Shown: positions 29,347-37,755 of the stretch, piece by piece
How positions within the stretch are numbered: the stretch's first letter is position 1
Layout of the letters: each line of letters begins with the position of its first letter
Origin: Arenicellales bacterium
GTDB taxonomy: Bacteria; Pseudomonadota; Gammaproteobacteria; Arenicellales; JAJDZL01
Assembly (NCBI GenBank): GCA_958295885.1
Contig: OY282380.1
Span: 4,137,109-4,201,108, forward strand
DNA: 64,000 bases
Direction of reading: 5' to 3'
The notes under the pieces: generated by a model
The model's input: only the letters and a program-made list of their open reading frames with translations
The model's database searches: none
Told to the model about the DNA's origin: nothing
Made by a program: the position numbers and the translations under genes

Positions 29347-29626
29347 GAATTTAGGGACTGAGCTTGGAATAAAATTTGCAGAAAACACGTGAAATCCGCG
29401 AACGATTTCACGCTTCCTGTCGTTGCGGTTCATTATAACAACACAGAGTCTCAAACCGGCGAAACCCGTCAGCAGTGCTCAAACGCCTGCCGCGCAGATC
29501 GACAGCTGATGGGGCGGAAACCAAATGTTTGCAGGAAAGACAGTTTGATGATGTATAAATCTAAGGCAAAAGTGAACAGTTCTTACACGCGAGTCATCAT
29601 ACGATTTTAGCTGCTGGAGTAATACC

Positions 29627-30736
29627 ATGATCCCTTATCACTATATTTTGAATGCCTGGTATGTCGCAGGATTTTCAGATGAGTTTGGAACGAACGAACT
29701 GAAAGGTCACAAAATCTGTGAGAAGCCAATCGTCACGTGGAGAACTGAACAGGGGAACGTCGTTGCATTTGACAACCGCTGCCGCCATAAGCGAATGCCG
29801 CTGTCGGAAGGAAGAATCATGCCCGACGGAACACTCGAATGTGCGTATCACGGACTTTGTTACAATTCTTCCGGCCGCTGTGTCGCGGTTCCCGCACATC
29901 CCAACGGAAATATTCCGTCACAGCTGCAGCTCAGCGCCTATCCGATTCGCGAACAGGATGGTTTGGTATGGATTTGGCCGGGTGACCCTGAAAAAGCCGA
30001 AGAAGTCACTCCCCATCCCACACCAGAACTGAGTTCCTCAACTTGGGAATCAATACACTCTGAACCGATGGAAGTGCGGGCCAACTACCTGCTGCTGATC
30101 GAAAACTTAATGGACATCACTCACTTTTACCCACTGCATGATGGCAATATCGGTGATATTGGCAACAGTCGAATTCCCATTCAGCTGGAAGAAGGCCAAG
30201 CACATGGCACAAACTATGTGAAAACCACCCGGGAAACTTCAAACTATCGTCAGCCTCCTTTTTTAGAAGACTGGTTTGTTTATGACGTCGTCGACCGGGA
30301 GCACACGCACTGCATGACCAGTCCCGGCCTGACCCGTGTCGAAATGCGAGTGGCGCCACCGGGACGAATTAAGGAGAAAGATGCCGTTCGAGGCTATACA
30401 TTGTTCCACGCGCACACTCCAATTGATGATCGCCATCACCTGTGGCGATGGGCCGTAAACTGCAAGGCGGATCACATGTCGAAAGGCGACCCGGATGTTT
30501 CTGCCACCAAACGGGTCGCACAAATGTTTCCGACTGTAGTTGCGCAGGATTTGTGGGCATTGGAAAAACAACAGGAAATGTTCGACTTTGACGATGAAGG
30601 TTATTTCGAAGTATTTCTAAAGCCGGACAAAGCATTACGAAGAATCCGACAATTATTTTCTCGCGCACAGCAGCAGGAACAGGTTGCTCTTCAGCAAAAA
30701 CGGGGAGCGAAATTACGGTTGAAGTCCGTAAACTAG
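29627..30736 (+). CDS. Rieske [2Fe-2S] non-haem-iron oxygenase, alpha subunit (VanA/phthalate class IA-like)
   Basis: Rieske motif CRHKRMPLSEG...CAYHG and mononuclear-iron motif ENLMDITHFYPLH. Length is 369 aa. Confidence 0.88.
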   Translation: MIPYHYILNAWYVAGFSDEFGTNELKGHKICEKPIVTWRTEQGNVVAFDNRCRHKRMPLSEGRIMPDGTLECAYHGLCYNSSGRCVAVPAHPNGNIPSQLQLSAYPIREQDGLVWIWPGDPEKAEEVTPHPTPELSSSTWESIHSEPMEVRANYLLLIENLMDITHFYPLHDGNIGDIGNSRIPIQLEEGQAHGTNYVKTTRETSNYRQPPFLEDWFVYDVVDREHTHCMTSPGLTRVEMRVAPPGRIKEKDAVRGYTLFHAHTPIDDRHHLWRWAVNCKADHMSKGDPDVSATKRVAQMFPTVVAQDLWALEKQQEMFDFDDEGYFEVFLKPDKALRRIRQLFSRAQQQEQVALQQKRGAKLRLKSVN

Positions 30737-30829
30737 CAGTGTAATTCCGGTCAGCGAATCCCTGAGCTGAAGCTTCGCATCCAAATCACCTGACATTGAT
30801 TTTATTCCTTCGGTCATAAGAAATTCTGT

Positions 30830-31393
30830 GTGAAGTCCTTTCCAGATTATTTGGAACAGATTGCCTCTTGGATTGACCTTGTCAATCGAAAAGTGGGACA
30901 TGCTGTTGCATGGCTTGCACTGTCGATGGCGATTGTTACTTTTTCGGTAGCCACTTTACGATATGGATTGAACATTGGCTGGGTGTGGTTCCAGGAAACC
31001 TACGTCTGGATGCATGGAACGATCATCATGATGGCCATGGCCTATACGCTGATGGCAGGTGGCCATGTTCGAGTCGATATCATCTACCGATCAGCGAATG
31101 TTCGCTATCGAGCAATTGTCGACATCATCGGTACCGTCTTTCTGTTGATTCCTTCACTTTACGTGATAGCAATTTACACGATACCCTATGTACTGCTGTC
31201 ATGGCAGCGATTTGAAGTCTCGCGAGAAGCAGGTGGTCTGCACGGCCTTTTTCTCTTTAAGACGACAATGTTGTTCTTTTTCATTTTACTCTTCCTACAG
31301 TGCATTGCCATACTGATCCGAGCGGTCCGCTCCTTCTTTACCGGCGAATATCCGCAAGAACATGAAATTAAAGAAGGAATAGCAGGTGGATAG
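30830..31393 (+). CDS. TRAP transporter small permease (DctQ-type)
   Basis: 187 aa four-TM protein with a GTG start. Its end overlaps the start of the large permease gene. Confidence 0.82.
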   Translation: MKSFPDYLEQIASWIDLVNRKVGHAVAWLALSMAIVTFSVATLRYGLNIGWVWFQETYVWMHGTIIMMAMAYTLMAGGHVRVDIIYRSANVRYRAIVDIIGTVFLLIPSLYVIAIYTIPYVLLSWQRFEVSREAGGLHGLFLFKTTMLFFFILLFLQCIAILIRAVRSFFTGEYPQEHEIKEGIAGG

Positions 31394-32768
31394 CGGACAA
31401 GTGCTTGCAATGGTGATGCTCGTCACCGTGTGCGGCGCCATGCTTGCTGGATATCAAGTTATGTTCACACTGGCTGGCGTTGGTGTTTTATTCGCTTTCC
31501 TGGGGCAGGCGATGGGGGCATTTGACATGCTTTTCTTCAATGCCCTGCCCTCTCGATTCTTTGGTGTCATGACCAACGAAATTTTGGTTGCCGTTCCATT
31601 GTTCGTGTTTATGGGCGTGATGCTTGAAAAGTCAAAAATCGCCGAAGAACTCCTGACGACCATGGGACAGTGTTTTGGCGCTTTGCGCGGTGGACTGGGT
31701 CTTTCGGTCACACTCGTTGGAATGCTGCTCGCAGCGACCACGGGAATTGTTGGTGCGACAGTCGTAACCATGGGCCTGCTGAGTCTGCCAACGATGCTGC
31801 GGGCGAAGTATGACCCAAAGCTGGCGTGTGGAACCATCTGTGCCGCTGGAACATTGGGACAGATCATTCCGCCCTCCGTCGTGCTGGTGCTGCTCGGAGA
31901 CGTCCTGGCCGGAATTTACAGCGAAGCTCAGCTTTCCATGGGAAATTTCGTGATCGAACCATTTTCCGTCATCGACCTGTTCGCTGGTGCGGTTCTTCCC
32001 GGACTGCTGCTCGTCGCACTCTATGTCTTCTGGCAGATCGCCGTTGCCATTTATCAGCCTCAGGCATCACCTGCATTTTATGATGCGGAAATGGCACGCG
32101 GTCATCTGTTTGGACAGGTCATTCGAGTGCTGATTCCGCCATTGTTTCTGATTCTGGCTGTGCTCGGTTCCATTTTGGGTGGTCTCGCCACTCCGACCGA
32201 AGCATCTTCATTTGGCGCAGTCGGCGCAATGGCCCTGGCGCTTTCCAGAAAAATGCTGAACTTTAAAATTCTAGGTGAAGTCGTACGGAGCACGACCCGA
32301 ATCTCCTGCATGGTGTTTGGCATCCTGATCGGCGCCTCCATTTTTTCACTCACCTTTCGGGGACTCGGCGGAGACGAAGTCGTTGAAGAATTCCTGCTGT
32401 CGCTCCCTGGTGGCACCGGCACTGCCCTTATATTCGTGATGGTGCTTATTTTCCTGCTCGGCTTCATTTTGGAATTCGTCGAAATTGTATTCATCGTCGT
32501 GCCAATCATCGCTCCTGCGCTGCTGAAAACCGACATCAACCCGGTTTGGCTCGGCGTTATGATCGGGCTGAACCTGCAGACCAGTTTCCTGACGCCACCT
32601 TTTGGCTGGGCATTGTTCTACCTGCGCGGGGTCGCGCCTTCCACAATCAAGACAAGCCAAATTTATCGAGGGGTCATTCCGTTCGTCATTCTGCAGCTCA
32701 TCGCGCTCGGGTTTCTTGCATATTTTCCAGGTCTTGCGACCTGGCTGCCTAAATTCCTGTTTGGCTGA
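31386..32768 (+). CDS. TRAP transporter large permease (DctM-type)
   Basis: 460 aa polytopic protein containing ...GIVGATVVTMGLLSLPTM...AGTLGQIIPPS... Confidence 0.9.
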   Translation: MDSGQVLAMVMLVTVCGAMLAGYQVMFTLAGVGVLFAFLGQAMGAFDMLFFNALPSRFFGVMTNEILVAVPLFVFMGVMLEKSKIAEELLTTMGQCFGALRGGLGLSVTLVGMLLAATTGIVGATVVTMGLLSLPTMLRAKYDPKLACGTICAAGTLGQIIPPSVVLVLLGDVLAGIYSEAQLSMGNFVIEPFSVIDLFAGAVLPGLLLVALYVFWQIAVAIYQPQASPAFYDAEMARGHLFGQVIRVLIPPLFLILAVLGSILGGLATPTEASSFGAVGAMALALSRKMLNFKILGEVVRSTTRISCMVFGILIGASIFSLTFRGLGGDEVVEEFLLSLPGGTGTALIFVMVLIFLLGFILEFVEIVFIVVPIIAPALLKTDINPVWLGVMIGLNLQTSFLTPPFGWALFYLRGVAPSTIKTSQIYRGVIPFVILQLIALGFLAYFPGLATWLPKFLFG

Positions 32769-33348
32769 GCAGACGCCAATCGATCTCGATTCGCATCGAA
32801 TCGAATCGAATTGATTCAACGCTCCATGAGACAGTTGCGCTGACAAATGGACATCCTGCCATTTGTCAAGCCGCCTTTGCGAGGCCTCCATGAACATTCG
32901 TACGCCAAAAATATGCCGATGTTGTCCTGCGATTGAAAGCGATTCAGCTGCATCAAACTATCTTTCGAAAAAGTTCAGCGGTCATTTTTTTGATTGATTT
33001 AGAAAACGGAATCACCTTGCCTCCGGTAAGAACTCAAGAACTTCGAATCTTGAGTACTGGAACAATCAGCTGTATTATATTCGTACAAAATAATGCTCCT
33101 ACGGATGAATGGAAGACATTATTAACAAGTGCTTGACCGCGAACAGAGCACATGGCTTCCGACCTGCTTGGGTGAGACAATCTCAGAACACAAGCGGGGC
33201 GCGCCTTGGATGCTGGGATAGCGATTTTGGACATGAAAGAACCAGGTTTCGGTCACACTGCAGCGATCTGCCAATTGAACCAGCCGGCTTTTTATCCAAA
33301 CGGATCGCGAGCTGTCGCCGTTCGACTCGGTGTGCAGGGCGAAGGAGG

Positions 33349-33472
33349 CTGTGAAAGAATCGGAATATCAGTCTGACAATCGTCGACAATAGAAATTTAA
33401 CTTACTGTATTAACTGAGTTAAATTATTTTATTTGGATCAGAAATATTACAATAATATGAATACTTGGACCT
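33349..33472. mobile_element. Possible degenerate MITE copy 4
   Basis: It starts GAGG|CTGTGAAAGAAT, a good match to the terminal repeat. The core is AT-rich with patchy similarity. The far end AATACTTGGACCTG only loosely matches AATACTTTCACAG. Confidence 0.4.
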
Positions 33473-33569
33473 GCCTTGAAGAAGATCATGCAGAAGCTGA
33501 ATCTTGCGCTAGAGCGCCCTAAGAGTTGATCCACAGATTCAATGGGTTAATCAGCCAGCGGAGGGAAAC

Positions 33570-35324
33570 ATGCAACTTCTCGTTACATCGGCAATCGCAC
33601 TTGCCGCGATGATGGCGTGGGTGCCTGCTATGGCAGTGGACGTTCACATCCTCGGTTTTCGCTTTGACTGCGAAACCCCGGACGGCGAAATGCGCAAACC
33701 AAAGTTTGGCGATGTTGGCGGGATGTTCTTCACCAACCTGCCCGAAGAACGAAAACCATGTCACGAAACTATCGATCGCATGATCTACTCGTGCACCGCC
33801 AATACGACGTTCATCTCGCACGAATTGAACCGAGAATATGCCAGCTGTCTGCCAGTTTTCGAGAAACAGGCCCAAGAATGCGTCTCACATTTTGAGGGCG
33901 AACGCACCAAATGCAATGCAGGCGGCGACAGCGTCAACCAGGAGGTGCAGGCATCCGACACTCGACCGATCGAAGACAATGCGCGGGATACCGGCGAAGA
34001 TGGTTCGTCAGCAGGCGATGCCTGGAAGCCGTGGGAAGACAATGCGGTCAGCGATGCCAGCGAAGGTGAGAACTGGGTAGACGTAGCAGTTCTGAATGAA
34101 GGGTACGAACCGGATGACGGCGACTATGGCGAGTGCGATGACGTCGAGGACGACTGCCCGGTCGATACCTACTGGACCGAAGAGCAGCAAGAGGGTGCGC
34201 GGCAGATAGAACTTTGGGTCAATTTTGCTGACCCGCAAGCCAACGTTGGGACCGGTCCAGAAGACGAAGGCTGGGAACATGAAAAGTACGACGCGGCCGT
34301 TGAAAACGGAGATGCGGCTGACAGTGACGACGTCAACCGGGAGGCGCATGCATCCGACACTCAACCAGTCGAAAACGATGCGTGGGATAACGGCGAAGAT
34401 GGTTCGTCGGCAGGCGATGTCTGGAAGCCGTGGCAGGACGAGGCGGCCAGCGATGCCAGCGAAGATGAGCACTGGGTGAACGTAGCAGATCTGAATGAAG
34501 GGTACGAACCGGATGACGGCGATTATGGCGAGTGCAAAGACGTTTGGGACGACTGCCCGGTCGATACCTACTGGACCAAAGAGCAACAAGAAGGTGCGCG
34601 GCAGATAGAACTCTGGGTCAATTTTGCTGACCCAAATGCCAACGCCAGGACCAGCCCAGAGGCCGAAGGCTGGAGAAATGAATCGTACGACACGACCGGT
34701 GAGAACAGAGATACGGCTGACAGTGCACGCGAAGTTTATGATAGAGCGTTGGCGGGACTGTTGAACGAAGATGGTTCGTCCACGGCCCATCTCTACTCGG
34801 CGCCCGCCGAAGATTACCTCGCCGTTCTTAAAAAAATGGATGTTCAAGCGAAGGAGAAAGCTCGAATTGAAGCCGAGAAGAAAGCTCGAATTGAAGCCGA
34901 GAAAGCCGCGGCTGAGGCGGCCGCGCAGCAGGAACTACAGGAAGCTGAAGGAGATGGCAGCTGCGGTTCAGCACCGGCTAGCAGGAATTACATTCGGCAC
35001 GGAGAGCAGGTGATCGCCCAAGTCAATCACCTTTCAACCACGAGTATGACAGACGATGCTCTCTTGGCCGCTTTTGCTACCCGTTCAACTTTGGGTTGTC
35101 TTAAAAAAAGCTTGCCGTACGAGACAAACACCTGCAAAACTATGCTTCAATCGGCAATCTCTGAATTCGAGAATACTTACCGTTCAGCAATCGCGAGTGC
35201 GAAAGGATCAGCGGCTGCCTCCAGCTATGTCGACGAATTCGACCGAGATCCCGGCAGCTCGCAATTTGTGCGAAACCTTGGGATACACATTTCTGGAGCG
35301 AGCCTCGATAGCTGCGGTGATTAG
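33570..35324 (+). CDS. Secreted Cys-containing, hyper-acidic repeat protein with a coiled-coil and a conserved C-terminal domain; unknown function
   Basis: GGAGGG ribosome-binding site. Signal peptide MQLLVTSAIALAAMMAWVPAMA|VD. There are two 133 aa D/E/W-rich tandem repeats and the stretch KEKARIEAEKKARIEAEKAAAEAAA. The C-terminal domain is repeated at 37392-37727. Confidence 0.75.
   Translation: MQLLVTSAIALAAMMAWVPAMAVDVHILGFRFDCETPDGEMRKPKFGDVGGMFFTNLPEERKPCHETIDRMIYSCTANTTFISHELNREYASCLPVFEKQAQECVSHFEGERTKCNAGGDSVNQEVQASDTRPIEDNARDTGEDGSSAGDAWKPWEDNAVSDASEGENWVDVAVLNEGYEPDDGDYGECDDVEDDCPVDTYWTEEQQEGARQIELWVNFADPQANVGTGPEDEGWEHEKYDAAVENGDAADSDDVNREAHASDTQPVENDAWDNGEDGSSAGDVWKPWQDEAASDASEDEHWVNVADLNEGYEPDDGDYGECKDVWDDCPVDTYWTKEQQEGARQIELWVNFADPNANARTSPEAEGWRNESYDTTGENRDTADSAREVYDRALAGLLNEDGSSTAHLYSAPAEDYLAVLKKMDVQAKEKARIEAEKKARIEAEKAAAEAAAQQELQEAEGDGSCGSAPASRNYIRHGEQVIAQVNHLSTTSMTDDALLAAFATRSTLGCLKKSLPYETNTCKTMLQSAISEFENTYRSAIASAKGSAAASSYVDEFDRDPGSSQFVRNLGIHISGASLDSCGD
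33951..34748 (+). repeat. Internal in-frame tandem repeat, 2 x 399 bp, within the acidic protein gene
   Basis: GCATCCGACACTC...GAAGATGGTTCGTC(A/G)GCAGGCGATG...TGGAAGCCGTGG... recurs at 33951 and 34350. The peptide units are ASDT(R/Q)P(I/V)E(D/N)(N/D)A(R/W)D(T/N)GEDGSSAGD(A/V)WKPW... Confidence 0.85.
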
Positions 35325-35352
35325 TAAATTATTACAGTCTTGGGAGATAGGG

Positions 35353-37104
35353 ATGAGAACACGGTTTATTTATAAGAGTCTACATGCTGCTTTTCTTCTC
35401 GTTGGTCAGATGAGACTGCAGTGTTCAGGCATGCGTAGTGGTGTCGTTGTGATGGCGGCCCTAACCGCGGCTCTGCTGATGTCTATGCCGGCGCGGTCAG
35501 ACTACGCCGCGGGACAGGAGGCCTGGGAAGCGGGTCGTATCGCCGAGGCGCTGTCAGAGTGGGAGGGCGCAGCCGCCGCGGGCGATGTTCGGGCGATGAT
35601 GACGCTTGGCCGGGCCTACCAGCGCGGGGTCGGCGCGCCGCAGGACTACATCTTGGCTCACTTCTGGTTCAACCTCGCAGCAAGCCAGGATGACTTTCGA
35701 GCGGCGGCGGAGCGCGATTCGCTGGCGGAGCTTATGTCCGTGGAGGAACAGGCGGAGGCGCGCAAGCTGTTGCGCGAGTGGCGCGGCAAAGTGCAACCGA
35801 CGGTAGAGGTCGACGTGCCGGATCCAGCACCGAGCGCAGCGGCACCCGACTTAAAACCGCCCCCGCCGCGCGCGATCAAGGAAGCGCAGTCGCTGCTCGC
35901 ACAGTTGGGCTACGCGCCCGGCCCGGCGGACGGAATTTGGGGAGGGCGTACGTCAGAGGCCTATCGGGCATTTTTGGGCGATGCCGACCTGCCTGCGGCC
36001 GAGACTTTGACACCGAAAGCCCTGCGCACCCTGCGCGAGATTTCCGCGCGCCAAGGCGAGGCGGGACAGTCTGAACAGACCGTAGCAACCCAAATACCGG
36101 CTGACGCTCTGCACCGGGCGGCGAAGGCTGGCGATCTCGATGGGCTACATGCATCTTTGGAGGCTGGGGCAGACATCAACCGGCTCGACAAACAGGGCTG
36201 GACAGCGCTGATGCATGCGGTAAACAAGGGTAACGTGTTAATTGTTGAAGGTTTGGTAGAAGCAGGTGCAGATCTGGATGTTCGAGCAGCGGATGGAGCA
36301 ACGGCTTTGTTCATGTCAGCGGTTCTAGGAGATCCGCAAATAGTCGCGCAGTTAATGAAAGCAGGCGCTGATATTTCCGTTCAAGGACCGAGGGGAAAGA
36401 CCGCGGTGGATGTTGCACGATTGACTTTTGGGGAAATCGATGCCGCAAGCGCGAACGACGCCGACCTTGCGGTTGTCGGGTTACAACGGGGACAAACGTG
36501 GAAAGAAACCCTGGCGTGGCAAAGCGCAGCAAAAGAGGCAGCAAAAGAGGCAGTAAAAAAGTTCGTCGCATCTTTCGGGCGCGAACCAACCGCGGACAAG
36601 GTGGACGAGTACGGTATGACGGATTTGCATTGGGCGGCAGTGACGAATTCAGCGGAGGTGGCAAAGCTGCTCATCGATCGTGGTGCCGATGTCAGCGTAA
36701 GGAACAGTTATGGTTTGACCCCGATGCACTCTGCGGCAGGGGGGAATTCAGCGGAGGTGGCGAAGCTGCTCATCAATCATGGTGCCGATGTCAGCGCAAG
36801 GGATTATTCTGATGAAACACCGTTGCACTCTGCTAATTCAGAGGAGGTGGCGAAGCTGCTCATCGATCGTGGCGCCGATGTCAGCGCAAGGGACAAATAT
36901 GGTTATACGCCGTTGCGCAACACAACTTCAGCGGAGGTGGCAAAGCTGCTCATCGATCATGGCGCCGATGTCAGCGTAAGGGACGATTCGCGTAAAAAAA
37001 CACCGCTGGAATTTGCAAAAGAATTTAATCACGAGGAAATGGTGACCTTTTTAAGCCAATTCAGGAAACGAATTGAAAACGGCTCCCAAAATTCTAACCG
37101 CTAG
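35353..37104 (+). CDS. Secreted Sel1-like repeat / peptidoglycan-binding (PG_binding_1) / ankyrin-repeat protein, paralogue 1
   Basis: The ATG at 35353 follows GGGAGA; an alternative ATG at 35431 gives the signal peptide MRSGVVVMAALTAALLMSMPARS|DYA. Sel1 unit: GDVRAMMTLGRAYQRGVGAPQDYILAHFWFNLAA. PG-binding unit: IKEAQSLLAQLGYAPGPADGIWGGRTSEAYRAFL. Ankyrin units: GWTALMHAV..., TPMHSAAGGNSAEVAKLLINHGADV... Confidence 0.85.
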   Translation: MRTRFIYKSLHAAFLLVGQMRLQCSGMRSGVVVMAALTAALLMSMPARSDYAAGQEAWEAGRIAEALSEWEGAAAAGDVRAMMTLGRAYQRGVGAPQDYILAHFWFNLAASQDDFRAAAERDSLAELMSVEEQAEARKLLREWRGKVQPTVEVDVPDPAPSAAAPDLKPPPPRAIKEAQSLLAQLGYAPGPADGIWGGRTSEAYRAFLGDADLPAAETLTPKALRTLREISARQGEAGQSEQTVATQIPADALHRAAKAGDLDGLHASLEAGADINRLDKQGWTALMHAVNKGNVLIVEGLVEAGADLDVRAADGATALFMSAVLGDPQIVAQLMKAGADISVQGPRGKTAVDVARLTFGEIDAASANDADLAVVGLQRGQTWKETLAWQSAAKEAAKEAVKKFVASFGREPTADKVDEYGMTDLHWAAVTNSAEVAKLLIDRGADVSVRNSYGLTPMHSAAGGNSAEVAKLLINHGADVSARDYSDETPLHSANSEEVAKLLIDRGADVSARDKYGYTPLRNTTSAEVAKLLIDHGADVSVRDDSRKKTPLEFAKEFNHEEMVTFLSQFRKRIENGSQNSNR

Positions 37105-37391
37105 CATTTGCAATTGGTTTTGGCATTTGTGAATTGTCTAAAGAACGATTAAGATACAACGGTGCGTCGATTGGCCTCGAAATCCCAGATTGATCAAACC
37201 AGCTTTGAAAAATTATGGGTGCGCTATGAAAGTTTGGATGTTTTCAGCGTAATTTGACAACAGTCGGAAATCATGAGATTCGTAGGCAAACTAGTTCAAA
37301 ATTGCAATTACAATCAACAGAATTTTGTCAAATCAGAAGACGATAAATTCATAGACTGCTATGCAGTTCAGCACCGGCTATCGGGAAATAC

Positions 37392-37727
37392 ATGCGGCAC
37401 GCAGAGCAGATGCTTGCCCAAACCAAGCACATTTCAACCACTAGTTTGACAGACAGTGCACTCTTCGCCGCTTTTCTTAGCCGAGTAACTTTGGGTTGTT
37501 TGAGAAAAACCTTGCAGAACCAGACATCGAACGCCTGCAAGACTGCGTTTCAATCGGAAATTTCTAAATGGGACCAAACTTACCGTTCAGCAATCGCGAG
37601 CGCGAAAGGATCAGCGGCTGCCTCCAGCTATGTCGACGAATTCGACCGAGATCCCGGCAGCTCGCAGTTTGTGCGAAACCTTGGGATACACATTTCCGGA
37701 GCGAGCCTCGATAGCTGCGGCGATTAG
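37392..37727 (+). CDS. Orphan copy of the C-terminal domain of the acidic repeat protein (duplication remnant; expression uncertain)
   Basis: 111 aa product. The last 48 residues (YRSAIASAKGSAAASSYVDEFDRDPGSSQFVRNLGIHISGASLDSCGD) are identical to the end of 33570..35324. The first roughly 60 aa are diverged. There is no signal peptide. Confidence 0.45.
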   Translation: MRHAEQMLAQTKHISTTSLTDSALFAAFLSRVTLGCLRKTLQNQTSNACKTAFQSEISKWDQTYRSAIASAKGSAAASSYVDEFDRDPGSSQFVRNLGIHISGASLDSCGD

Positions 37728-37755
37728 AAAATTGTTACAGTCTTGGGAGATAGGG

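Noticed and set aside
32769-33348. Small ORFs and a short tandem motif (TCGAATCGAATCGAATTGATTC) downstream of the TRAP large permease gene
   Set aside because: No coding signal or known regulatory motif could be supported by eye. It is probably the degraded junction of the island insertion.
34008-36664. Long antisense or alternative-frame ORFs (for example 34008..34847 minus at 279 aa, 35554..36314, 36311..36674 and their twins in the second unit)
   Set aside because: They lie opposite or out of frame to genes with clear domain content, in GC-rich DNA where stop codons are rare. Their products are low-complexity Arg/Pro/Ala-rich sequence.
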